This document shows positions 42,989-55,700 of a stretch of 64,000 bases of DNA, in pieces. The DNA lies in contig OZ024740.1 of the NCBI GenBank assembly GCA_964016885.1, forward strand, positions 198,152,001-198,216,000. The letters run 5' to 3'. A model generated the notes under the pieces. That model did no database searches and had not been told where the DNA came from. It saw only the letters and a list, made by a program, of their open reading frames with translations. Position 1 is the first letter of the stretch. Each line of letters starts with the position of its first letter. Origin of the DNA: Eledone cirrhosa. Its lineage: Eukaryota. A program made the position numbers and the translations under genes.

Positions 42989-43893
42989 GTAATTCATGGT
43001 TAGCCACAGTGGGAAATGAATGCGGAACAATTTTAGATACAACTAAATGCCGAGCAGCATTTGGTATTCTAATGTTGCTGCTAGTAAGAAAAACAGCGGC
43101 ATAAGGGCTCGAAGACCTGACTGATTGCTTAAGAAGTTCCATTCACAATCTTAAGGTCTATTGTTTGACCCCACTGTGTGTGAAATTTGTTAGACAGAAA
43201 CTGTGAGGAATTCCATTGATGAATTGTACTTTTATTTCAAGGTTCCAGTTTTCTCACATATCGTACCACGTTGATTGTTCTTGAGAATTACGTTAAATAA
43301 AGTACCAGTAACGCACTGAGGTCGATTTAATCGGCGTTTTCACTCCTCCAAATTGCTGGCCTTGTGCCTAAATCAGAAACCATTATCTAGAATCAGTTCA
43401 TTACTGACCGATGGCAGCTATGATCAATGCTGTTCCACCCATAACTATCCTATTATTTTAGCTCTATATGTCTTTTCACTAAAGGGAAATAACATGGTAT
43501 GATTTGTGAGAGCATTCTGGACATTGCGCTGCTACTTTTAGCATATTGATCAACAACGTTGAGGATTCAATTTGGCTGACTAAACATTACGTGAATATCT
43601 AAATACTAACCGTCTCCATTACATTTAAGAACAGATCGAATAATCGCGATGATTACTATTCGATGACAACTCTGAAAGGTTGAACTGTGGAAGCATGTTC
43701 GTGATAAAGATATTCAAATTAGGATGCTGTACTTAAATGGCAAATGTTAGAAAAGCTCAATACCGTGACATCAGAGTTACATCAGAGTTGAAAATATTCA
43801 CGTAACACATGGAAATAGAGAAAAGCAGATACATACGAATATATCGATAGTTAAGCGGCATATATACATACATATATATATATGTGTGTGTGT

Positions 43894-43971
<78 letters not shown>

Positions 43972-44066
43972 ATATGTGTGTATGTATATATATATATAAA
44001 TATATATTGGTAACATATATATATAAATATATATATTGGCAACATGACCCTCCTAAAGTATAACAA

Positions 44067-44436
<370 letters not shown>

Positions 44437-44797
44437 CTGTGTGTGTATGCATGCGTATGTGTTTACTAAGAGACATACAGTGAGGTACAGCAGTAAGAAG
44501 ATAAGTAGACTGGAACGTAATAGGAGTTAGTAATTATATATAATAAATAATAATTAAACTATCTTTATAGATTCATGTTGATTTAATGCTTTTATTTTTT
44601 ATTCCTTGGCTTATAAGTAGAGGTTGCAACCTTGTTGGCAAGAACGTGAAGACACCACCAACAACATTAGTGACACCAGCCACAATCTAGCATATTATAT
44701 TTCCATTTATTTTCGATAGCTGGAATATAAGTTTCTTCTGCCAAGTTCGCTCTCAAATTCATTTGGAATGGTTTGCATAATTTCATCTGATATTTAC

Positions 44798-44871
<74 letters not shown>

Positions 44872-44875
<4 letters not shown>

Positions 44876-45496
44876 TATATATAGAGTTATAAACTCAAAT
44901 AATTAGTATTTTTCAATCTAGCTAACTTGGTCATTTACAATACAAACACTTATATACTTGTATTAGTGTTTATCCCTATCATATATTCATTTGTATTACA
45001 CGGCTCAGAAATATCCCTTTCTTTGAGCTATTTAATTGTAAAAGACTATTTGAGTTTATAACTCTATATATAATATTCTCGGCTCCATGCGTTGAGCTAA
45101 TTTTTTAGTCCCATAAAACGGGCTGCTATTTCTAGCGGCACGAGTATAGGACGGGCTAGACGCTGGGTCACATGTGCGTTCAACAACACATTTCTCTCAG
45201 TCTTCCTAAGTATTTTAAGTGAAACTTACCAATTTCTGGATACCTGCAGAAGAGCACAGGAATAGGAGATTTCACTTAATTGTTGCGAAACAAATTTAAA
45301 ATTTGAAATTTAAATTTGTCCAGGTATCACGGCTATTGCCAATATAGGTTTCTTTTTATTGATTTATTATTTTAAATCGAGACAGGCAAACTGTATTATT
45401 TTAATTAGTATTTTTCAATCTAGCTTACTTGGTCATTTACAATACAAACACTTATAGACTTATATTAGTGTTTATCCCTATCATATATTCATTTGT
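44872..45496 (+). mobile_element. Family H element: ~502-nt unit with ~95-nt terminal direct repeat, 29-nt inverted cap and one extended HHR
   Basis: 44901-44996 is repeated at 45403-45496. 44872-44900 is the reverse complement of ~45046-45074. (TA)n flanks. Confidence 0.8.
45239..45328 (+). ncRNA. Type I hammerhead ribozyme with long stems and a CAGAAGA (U4A) core
   Basis: gauaccug CAGAAGA gca...ugc GAA ACAAAUUUAAA-auuugaaa-UUUAAAUUUGU C^ cagguauc. Perfect 8-bp stem I, 11-bp stem III, GUC triplet. Confidence 0.8.
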
Positions 45497-45511
45497 ATAT
45501 ATATATATCTA

Positions 45512-45997
45512 TTTCGTTTCTGAATTTGTTTAGAAAGATTCTTTATCAGAAAACGTGTGTTGAAACCGATATTGTTATGCTTTGGGAGGGTCATGTTGCC
45601 AATAAGAAACACACGCACCAGTTGCTTTCACTCCAATTTATTATAAATTAAATTTAAGAATTTATAAATTTCCGGTTGGTTCCAAAACCGGACGTATGTT
45701 CATATATTGTCAAAGTTCTTTCGTCACACATTCTGTGACCGCTTCAGTGACTGGGGATTATTTTCTTTGTTTTTGTTCCTCTCCTTTATTCTGTCCTACG
45801 CCATCTTGTTTTTTTCAAGTCACTGAACAGGTCACTGAAGAGGTCACAGAATGTATGACGAAAGAACTTTGACAATATATGAACAACCGTCCGGTTGTGG
45901 AACCAACCAACCAACCGGAAATTTATAAAATCTTGGAGAGAAAGCAACTGGTGCGTGTGTTTGTTATTGGCAACATGACCCCCCCAAAGCATAATAA
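45512..45997. mobile_element. Palindromic element, family C, third copy (opposite orientation)
   Basis: Tail plus long arm at 45512-~45810 (minus-strand HHR 45709-45751, core mutated to CUGAAGC). Short arm ~45818-45997 (plus-strand HHR 45831-45873). Confidence 0.85.
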
Positions 45998-46038
45998 TAT
46001 ATATATATATATATTGTTTCTATATATATATATATATA

Positions 46039-46088
<50 letters not shown>

Positions 46089-46089
46089 A

Positions 46090-46125
<36 letters not shown>

Positions 46126-46127
46126 GT

Positions 46128-46184
<57 letters not shown>

Positions 46185-46252
46185 TATATATATATATATA
46201 TATATAGATATATATATTGTTTATATATATATATATATATATATATATGTTT

Positions 46253-46343
<91 letters not shown>

Positions 46344-46640
46344 TATATATATATATATGTTTATATATATATATATATGTTTATATATATATATATATAT
46401 AAATGTAAGTATGCATGTATACGTACATACATATATGTATACAGACGTACAGTAGCATGCACATATATATATATACATATATATATACATATGCATACAG
46501 GTACACATACATATATGCACGTATCAGTTTAGCGGCGCTAACGTCGCTTTGTTCGTTTGTAAACAAACTGAACAGCCTGAATTTATGCCATACGGTGTTA
46601 AGGCAACCACGTCACCTTTTTGTTCAACACTGACACAGGA

Positions 46641-46683
46641 ACGATGTACTAGTTTCAAGCTTGTTAGCTATCATCAGCACCGT
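46641..46683 (-). ncRNA. Minimal type I hammerhead ribozyme (retrozyme copy 1)
   Basis: acggug CUGAUGA uAGCU-aaca-AGCUu GAAAC-UA-GUA^ caucgu. 6-bp stem I; palindromic ACUAGU stem III. Confidence 0.9.
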
Positions 46684-47108
46684 TTACCCATCTGCCAGAT
46701 AGTTGAACGTTCGAAAGTATATACTTTCCTTATGAAAATTAACGGCCGAGCAGCCTAATTTGCATATTGAGTGAGTTAAATCGGTCAGGCATACCGAAAA
46801 CGATAAATTGAAACAAAATGAAAACGAAATTTCATTTCTCACTCTTAGTATGGCACTTACTTAAATGTAAGTATGCATGTATACGTACATACATATATGT
46901 ATACAGACGTACAGTAGCATGCACATATATATATATATATATACATATATATATACATATGCATACAGGTGCACATACATATATGCACGTATCAGTTTAG
47001 CGGCGCTAACGTCGCTCTGTTCGTTTGTAAACAAACTGAACAGCCTGAATTTATGCCATACGGTGTTAAGGCAACCACGTCACCTTTTTGTTCAACACTG
47101 ACACAGGA

Positions 47109-47151
47109 ACGATGTACTAGTTTCAAGCTTGTTAGCTATCATCAGCACCGT
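47109..47151 (-). ncRNA. Minimal type I hammerhead ribozyme (retrozyme copy 2)
   Basis: Identical to 46641-46683. Confidence 0.9.
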
Positions 47152-47532
47152 TTACCCATCTGCCAGATAGTTGAACGTTCGAAAGTATATACTTTCCTTA
47201 TGAAAATTAACCGCCGAGCATCCTAATTTGCATATTGAGTGAGTTAAATCGGTCAGGCATACCGAAAACGATAAATTGAAACAAAATGAAAACGAAATTT
47301 CATTTCTCACTCTTAGTATGGCACTTACTTAAATGTAAGTATGCATGTATACGTACATACATATATGTATACAGACGTACAGTAGCATGCACATATATAT
47401 ATATCTATACATATATATATACATATGCATACAGGTACACATACATATATGCACGTATCAGTTTAGCGGCGCTAACGTCGCTTTGTTCGTTTGTAAACAA
47501 ATGAAATTTCGTTTTCATTTTGTTTCAATTTA

Positions 47533-47743
47533 TATATATATATATATATGTTTATATATATATATATATATGTTTATATATATATATATATATATGTTTA
47601 TATATATATATATATATATATATGTTTATATATATATATATATATATATATGTTTATATATATATATATATGTTTATATATATATATATGTTTATATATA
47701 TATATATATATATATATGTTTATATATATATATATATATATAT

Positions 47744-47784
<41 letters not shown>

Positions 47785-47809
47785 TATATATATATATATA
47801 TATATATAT

Positions 47810-47846
<37 letters not shown>

Positions 47847-47873
47847 TATATATATATATATATATATATATAT

Positions 47874-47908
<35 letters not shown>

Positions 47909-47935
47909 TATATATATATATATATATATATATAT

Positions 47936-48002
<67 letters not shown>

Positions 48003-48029
48003 TATATATATATATATATATATATATAT

Positions 48030-48096
<67 letters not shown>

Positions 48097-48119
48097 TATA
48101 TATATATATATATATATAT

Positions 48120-48158
<39 letters not shown>

Positions 48159-48254
48159 TATATATATGTATATATATGTTTCTATGTATATATATATATA
48201 TATATATATATGTTTCTATGTATATATATATATATATATATATATGTTTCTATG

Positions 48255-48338
<84 letters not shown>
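47533..48338. repeat. Compound microsatellite: (TA)n regularly interrupted by GTT
   Basis: More than 20 units of gtt(ta)n, changing to gtttcta units near 48180. A similar array lies at ~46015-46400. Confidence 0.9.
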
Positions 48339-48340
<2 letters not shown>

Positions 48341-48341
<1 letters not shown>

Positions 48342-49743
48342 GGGTTAATGTCGGAGCCTATCTAAAATGGAGTGAAGCGGGGATATTCCAGCACCGACCC
48401 TGTTTGCCATATACTTTGCAATAGTTTTCTATATTGCATTCAGGAATTGCGAGCATGGTCTTTACATCCAATATGGAACCTCAGGCAGCATATTTAACAT
48501 CAGGAGCTTTGCTGCAAAAACAAAAGTATTTACATCAATCATAAGAGACCTCTTGTATGCAGCTGATTGCGATCTTGTAGCGCACACAGAGAGTGATATG
48601 CAGCACATTTTGAATGCATTTTTTGATGCTTACACTGCCCTAGGATTGACTCTCTGTCTCAAGAAAACCGTCGTCATGCACCACCCTGCCCCTGGTAGGC
48701 AGTACAGTGAACCAAACATCTATGTGTATGGTAAACGACTTGAAGTGGTTGATCAGTTTGGCTACCTGGGAAGCACTGTCAATCGATACAGCAACCTTGA
48801 CAGTGAAATCCCACTCAGGATTAGGAAAGCAAGTGATGCTTTCGGGAAGCTAGAAAGGCGACTCTGGAGTCAGCGAGACATTAGCAAGAAGACAAAGGTA
48901 AAGGTGTACAAGGCATGTGTGCTCTCTTCTCTTCTTTATGCCTCCGACACCTGGGTGACATTTCGACACCACCTTAAGCAATTGAGGCGTTTCCATCAGA
49001 TATGTCTCAGACGGATCCATGGCGTTCACTAGAGGGACCACATCAGTGAAGTCGAGATTTTGGAAAGCTCTCTGTGTGACAGTATAGAAGCTCTTGTGCT
49101 TAAGCAAAGACTCCTTTGGAGTAGTCGCGTTGCCAGGATGAAGGATTCTAGAATACCAAAACAACTCTTTTATGGGGAGTTAGTTAAAGGAACACGACCT
49201 CCACATAAACCAAAAAAAGAGGTATAAGGATTCCTTGAAAGCCTCTTTGAAAGACGCTAACATCTCTGCTGATACATGGGAAAATATTGCTGCTGATCGT
49301 AATAAATGGAGAAAGACTGTATATGAGGGGAAAGTTGCCTTTGCGGCATCTAGAGTCGAATACGAGAAAGTAAAGCGGGATGTGATGAAGGGCATTACTG
49401 TTGCATTTCCAGACGACGAAGGTCCTCCTATGGCGCTGAAATGCAGCGTCTGTGCGAGACTCTGCCTAAGTAAATCTGGACTCGAAACTCATCTTCGCAG
49501 TCATAAAGTGAAACCAGTGGTTGACTACCAGGCTGCTGTTGGAGATGCTACTCATCATGCTTGCCAAGCATGTGGTAGAGAATGTAAATCAGCAAGAGGG
49601 CTCAAACGACATGCAAAAGTACATGAACTCCAACCACAGCCGGCAATTCCCAGTGAATGTTTTGGTTGCCAACTCTGTGCAAAACATTTAAGATCATTGG
49701 CTGGGCTGAAAAGCCACATTCGATCGCAGCGCTGTTAATGCTA

Positions 49744-49812
<69 letters not shown>
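48341..49812 (+). mobile_element. 5'-truncated RTE-clade LINE (RT C-terminal half plus C2H2 fingers) with (TG)n tail
   Basis: NGVK.G...PTLFAIYF; DLLYAADCDL (YADD mutated); KKTVVM; VDQFGYLGS; RIRKASDAFGKL; KVKVYKACVLSSLLYASDTW; RIPKQLFYGEL; then 3 C2H2-type fingers in ORF 49235-49738. Confidence 0.92.
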
Positions 49813-49819
<7 letters not shown>

Positions 49820-49870
49820 GTTTATGTGTGCGTGTGTGTATATATATATATATATATATAAATATTATTA

Positions 49871-50265
49871 TTGGTAGTATTGGTAGAGGGTCGGACGCAT
49901 AGAGTTACGCACTTGCCATTCTGAGTTCAAATCCTGCCGAGGTTAACTTTGCCTTTCATCCTTACGGGGTCGATAAAATAAAGTACCAGTAATACACTGG
50001 GTATTTGCTGGCCTTCTGCCTAACGTAGAAACAATTATTATTATTGTTGTTATTATTGTTATTATTATTATTATTATTTTAAGGGCGGTGGATTGGCAGT
50101 ATCAGTAGAGGGTCAGACGCCATGCTTTGCAGCACAGCCCTTTCCATTCTGAGTTCAAATCCCGCCGAGGTTAACTTTGCCTTTCATCCTTACTGGGTCT
50201 ATAAATTAAAGTACCAGTAATACACTGGGATAATTGCTGGCCTTGTGCCAAAAGTAGAAATTATT
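49871..50265 (+). mobile_element. Two tandem SINE copies (main family)
   Basis: Copies at 49871-50040 and 50083-50265, each ending in (att)n. Confidence 0.88.
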
Positions 50266-50320
50266 TTTATTATTATTATTATTATGTTTTTTTTTCTCGT
50301 GCAATGGCCATACTCGATAA

Positions 50321-50433
<113 letters not shown>

Positions 50434-50449
50434 CATATATACATACATA

Positions 50450-50770
50450 TAAAATAAACTAAAATAAATAACTCAAATATTTAAAATTTGGCTTCGATTA
50501 TTACTGCTATATATATTTCGGTGACAGCCACCTTGCGCTGTGAAATCTTCAGGCAGTCCGAATTAGTGTGGTAGAGACGAGTACACATGTTGTTGAGGTT
50601 TTTAACTTTGTCAATACTCTGACATACCCAGTTACTGGTTGGGTTGTTATTTCACTGAGGAACTGGAATCATATGAATTTAAACAACTCTGTGCAAAACA
50701 TTTAGACTTCGTCGAGTGCTCCAATCTGCATACTAACGTGTTGGTATACAGCCAACATATACTCAAAATT
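50450..50770. mobile_element. Mini derivative of the Hydra-type PLE: family B pLTR (minus, HHR 50503-50557) joined to the plus-strand tail
   Basis: 50475-50683 matches 2718-2938; 50706-50768 matches 6568-6630. (TA)n flanks. Confidence 0.85.
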
Positions 50771-50822
50771 TATATATACATACATATATTTGTTTGTGAG
50801 TGTAGCTATAGATATATATATA

Positions 50823-50920
<98 letters not shown>

Positions 50921-51233
50921 TTATGGTTATAGGTAATCCAGTTAGAGGTTGTGGGTACTCAGGGTCGTGGATAGTTTTAACGTACGGCTTTGTTTGACTC
51001 AACAAGATGCTTCCACAGTTATGCAGCGAATTCGCGGTAATTTCTATGCAGGTTATTATTGGAGTAATAATAGTTAAAGTATGAAGAGTAACATGGTTGG
51101 CTGTACAATAAGGGGCTTTATTTAAAGTACTGACAATTGTTTCGTTGATCAGGTGAGTCTAGAGTTCGCTAATTGCTTGAAGTTGCGTCACTCGATCTCT
51201 AATACATTATTTGCCTCTGGTCAACAAATCAGA

Positions 51234-51289
<56 letters not shown>

Positions 51290-51397
51290 AAGGTATATAT
51301 TGAGTTAGAAACTTAACATAGTCTCTTACAATAAAATAGCTCTAGAGAAGCGAACATGGTCCCTTACGATTTGAACATATATATGTATATGTCTGTG

Positions 51398-51439
<42 letters not shown>

Positions 51440-51441
<2 letters not shown>

Positions 51442-51938
51442 AAGTTAAATAAAAAGTCAAATGATTAAAATTAATTTCGTTTATTACTGCTATATATATT
51501 TCAGTGACAGCCATCTTTGGCTGTGACCTCTTCAGGCAGTTTGAATTAGTATGGTATAGACAAGTACATATGTTGTTGAGGTGTATAATATTGTCAATAC
51601 TCTGATATGCCCAGTTCCTTGTTGGGTTGTTATTTCACTGAGGAACTGGAATCATATGAATTCAAAGAAACGAATTTCAGTGTCAAAGGTCCTCTTCTCC
51701 TCTCATTGGTCAGTTATTAGAACATTCCTCATTCTAAGTGTTGTTATTGTTGGAGTTAGCTTAAAAAATTGATAAAATGGCAGAAGGGACAAGGTGTTAA
51801 AGGAACAAAATAACAAAAAAATGTCAAACTTCCCATTGGTCAGTTCTGAGAGCATTCCTCAGTCAGAAGTCTATAGAATTCTTTCTGGGGTGAGGCTCCC
51901 TGTAGTGTTTTTGTTTGCTATTGTTAAGTACTTAACAA
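51440..51938 (-). mobile_element. Family B pLTR, third copy, HHR at 51486-51540
   Basis: Matches 2715-3055, with an internal insertion/duplication. acugc CUGAAGA ggucACAGCC..GGCUGUcacu GAAA UAUAUA UA^ gcagu, then AATAAA. Ends in the mini-palindrome ttgttaagtacttaacaa. Confidence 0.85.
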
Positions 51939-51944
51939 TTTGCT

Positions 51945-52912
51945 AGAATTAATAACAGAACCAACTCACTGTTTGGTTGGTTTTCGCTTGTGTATCTTTT
52001 ATATCAGTTAATTTATTCGGTCCTCAATGTTTACCATTGACTGACCAACGGTCAAAAATACAGATATAATATAGACACAAACACATATATATAGTCTAAC
52101 AAAGTTCTTTTCTTTACTTTTTTGCAACATCGTCAGTGGTGCTATTATGTCTCCTCCTGTTGTATTGTATGTCTACGCCATCTTTATTTAACGTTTATTT
52201 ATTTATATTTTTCTTCTTCTCTGCGCATGCGTTTGCGTGTGTGTATAGTGTTTGATGTGTGTTCGCGTTTGGGTGACTGTGTTTTGGTTATTGTATTCTA
52301 TCTTTGTTTACTAGTGTGTGTTTATATGTTTTTTGTTGTTATTGTGCTTATTTATTTATTTATATTTCTCTTAGGTCAGTTTTGTTTGTTTGGGTGTTGT
52401 TGTTATTCTAATCATTTTTTTCTGTTTAGCTTTGGCCTTCTAAATTCTATTTCACTGGCCTCTCTGATTTGCCTATCTGCCGTGTCATTTCTATATTTAG
52501 ATATTATTTTAATTTCTATATTGTCTATGTTACCGTCATGTTGTTGTCTGGCGTGTTCGTATAGTACTGAACCGTTTTTTCTTCCTTTTAGTTCCCCCCA
52601 GTGTTGGTCTATCCTTTCACCTATGCTACGAGCTGTCTCGCCTATGTATGTTGTTGTCATGTTTCTGCAAGTACACTCTGTTCATCTTATGCTATAGACT
52701 ACGTTTCTAGTTTTACAGTTTATCCGGGGGTTTACTTTACATATAATACATTTCCTATTAGTATTTTTGACCGTTGGTCAGGCATTGGTAAACATTGAGG
52801 ACCGAATAAATTAACTGATATAAAAGATCCAGAAGCGAAAACCAACCAAACAGTAAGTGTGTTCTGTTATTAATTCTGGCAATATTATTACAACAATATG
52901 ACCCTCCCCAAG

Positions 52913-52916
<4 letters not shown>
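51945..52916 (-). mobile_element. 5'-truncated Penelope-like element (GIY-YIG, Nematis-like) with inverted cap
   Basis: 52412-52759 reads NRKCIICKVNPRINCKTRNVVYSIR*TECTCRNMTTTYIGETARSIGERIDQH..SVLYEHARQQH..RQIREASEI..LNRKK. 52761-52877 is the reverse complement of 51945-52061. Clade is tentative. Confidence 0.85.
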
Positions 52917-52954
<38 letters not shown>

Positions 52955-52956
<2 letters not shown>

Positions 52957-53202
52957 CAGGGTTGAACAAAAGGGCAATGACGGTTGCCGAACACTGTACG
53001 GCTTAATTCGGGCTGTTTGTTTACAAACAAACCGAGCATTATAATAAATGTTCGGTAAACCCATCCGTACATATATATATATATGTGCATGTATGGATGT
53101 ATATACATACTACTGTACGTCTGTATACATATATGTATGTACGTATACATAGTTACATTTAAGTATCAGCCGTACTAAGAGTGAGAAATGAAATTTCATT
53201 TT

Positions 53203-53207
<5 letters not shown>
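52955..53207 (+). mobile_element. Diverged partial copy of the 468-nt retrozyme unit
   Basis: gtcag.gttgaacaaaa..ggttgcc..gtttacaaac..tactgtacgtctgtatacatatatgtatgtacgtatacat..tactaagagtgagaaatgaaatttc matches the minus strand of the 46400 unit. Starts just downstream of the HHR and ends at the same tail point in (TA)n. Confidence 0.8.
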
Positions 53208-53283
<76 letters not shown>

Positions 53284-53719
53284 AATACATATATATAGTT
53301 ATTGTTGGTTTTTTACTACACTTACGTCCAGTAGCAGGGGCATTATTCGATAATTTTGCTTAAATACTTCAATTTTAGCCGGATTCTATAAAACTGTTTT
53401 TCCTCATATTTTAAAACTTTTTCATTTGTATGATATTTTTATATAAATATTTACGTACCATTAATTCTATTTCCATTATTAATAACTTAATGCTAGTTTC
53501 CGGCACAGTAGTATAATCTCATTGCATTTCTATATACAGATATTTACAGATATTATGCAAAGAGATAAATACTTATAAGTAGATTATATACATGGAAATA
53601 TAAACAAATAGATAAATGAACAATTTCGATATTCCTAAAATACTGTTTCTGTGCTTTTTAAGAATATATATACACATATGTACACACACGCACTCACAAC
53701 ACGCGCGCGCACACACACA

Positions 53720-53790
<71 letters not shown>

Positions 53791-54112
53791 ATCTCTCTCT
53801 CTCTATATATATATATATATGTATATATATGTATATATATATGTATGTATATATATATATGTATATATATATGTATATATATATGTGTGAATATTTATGT
53901 ATATATATATATATACCTATATATATATATATATATGTGTAAATATATATGTATATATATGTATATATATATATATATATATATGTGTGTATGTATATAC
54001 ATATATGTATATATATATATATATATATAGATAGATATATGCATGCATATGTATATATATATATGTATATATATGTATATATATATATATGTATATATAT
54101 ATATGTGTATAC

Positions 54113-54143
<31 letters not shown>

Positions 54144-54273
54144 TATATAAAAATATACTTACATACATATATATATATATTCATGTACTTACATATATAT
54201 GTACTTACACACACACATATATATATATATATACTTACATATATTTATACACCCACACACACACATACTCTCT

Positions 54274-54326
<53 letters not shown>

Positions 54327-55149
54327 GTATGTGTGTGTGTGATTGTGCGTGTGTGTAGTAATGTGTTAGTGTGATTACTTACTAGTTAATAATACAAGCA
54401 AAGGAATAGAGAACTCGATGTCTAAGCTAGACTGAATATTTAGTATATATATATATATTATTCAATCACTAAATTTGAATATTTATCACGTGGCACTTCA
54501 TAATCTGTTAGACCGCACACACCAAATTGATTTTAGAACCACATCTATCCACTCTCTCCTTTTATTAATCATGTTTAAACGAAAATGCTGCGAACTTTAA
54601 CATAAATAGGAGAAAGGTTGAAATACATAGGCTTTATCTAAATGTGGCAAACGATGTTAAATTTGTACAACTGATAAATATGTTATCCTGAAAATAAATT
54701 ACTAGAAACATGCACATATCAAAATTTCCTATCTGAGGCATTGCACACGTGTAAACGCATTTATTAATTCATACATTTCAAGTGAAAACAGCTAACAATA
54801 TTGGAACATTCAGTTCATAAAAGCCTGGGTGAAATTCCTATCTGCAGAGACTTCAAATATATGTTCCATTCTATTATAGATTTAGTTATCTCTCTGTTGT
54901 ATTTTCCCAGTTTATCGGACTAAAATGAACGGTTAATGTTCCCGTACTTTTTATTCATGTATCATTACTTGAATATTATTAATTCTTTTCCTTTTTATTC
55001 AAAGTGTCTTATCAGAAGCAACCGTGTCCTTGCGAAATCAACCGATGTCATGGATGTTATCCAAGCATTTTGTTCGTGGAGTACCTTTAGGTCTCATGCT
55101 GGCTGGATTTGCCTGTAAAATCTTGGAGTAAGGTTGCTCGAAAGATTCG

Positions 55150-55700
55150 TCTGATGACTGAGTGCTGAAACTCTATGAAACAAGCATACAATTATTGGTA
55201 ATTTGCGCACGGTTTCTCGAAGACTGACTACGCTGTGATCCGTCCGGCTCAAAAACTGCTCTTCGTCAACTAACCTGGACTCGATAATGATCTTACATCT
55301 CTTTACTAGACACTTATCATAGACTTTCTCGTGGAAGCTTAACTAAGAGATTCCTCAGCTCTATAATTAGAGCAATTCCTCTTGTCTCCCTTTTTGAAAA
55401 TTGGGATTATCCTTCTCGATTTATATTGCTTTTGTGCCTTTACAGAGATCCAGACCATTCCCCCACACACGAGTCAGCCAGAGAAAACCTATTCTATTTA
55501 ACGCTTTTAACATCTTAGGATGAATTCCATTCGCCATAGATTTAAACTCTTTAATAGATTAGTATTCACCTTTAGATGCACCTAATTTACATCGGAAGAT
55601 ATTGTTGTGACCCGATTTAGAAGGTCAGCAAAGTATTCTATTCAACTCGCGATGAGGCATCTCTCTTCAGAGAGAAGAATCCGAGATGAAGTCACTGCAC
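55150..55700 (-). mobile_element. Highly decayed LINE reverse-transcriptase remnant (RTE-like)
   Basis: Minus strand gives EYFADLL, IIPIFKKGDKRNCSNYRA, KVYDKCL..IIESRL, YACFIEF with stops and frameshifts. Confidence 0.65.

Larger units (their letters stand above)
46400..47532 (-). mobile_element. Candidate non-LTR retrozyme: ~2.4 tandem copies of a ~468-nt non-coding unit, each full unit with a minimal HHR, plus an inverted tail
   Basis: Unit starts (taaatgtaagtatgcatg) at 46400, 46862 and 47330. HHRs are 468 nt apart. ~47499-47532 is the reverse complement of ~46803-46836. No coding capacity; embedded in TA repeats. Confidence 0.85.

Noticed and set aside
46400-47500. CRISPR-like or plain satellite interpretation of the tandem repeats
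   Set aside because: No repeat-spacer structure and the context is eukaryotic; each unit carries an HHR and PLE-type ends.
47345-48424. Long ORFs (359, 281, 266 aa) and many similar YI/CV/HT-rich ORFs across the window
   Set aside because: They are translations of dinucleotide microsatellites with no protein signal.
50918-51240. HHR in the repeat family at 50918-51240 and 6670-6930 (GAAACAAUUGUC followed by AAUAAA on minus)
   Set aside because: No CUGANGA core or stem I could be found; counted only as a half-motif.
51440-52760. Apparent sharing of the family B pLTR between the Hydra-type and Nematis-like PLEs
   Set aside because: Family B similarity stops at a mini-palindrome (~51921-51938), and the Nematis-like element has its own inverted cap resembling family C. 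These are more likely adjacent separate insertions.
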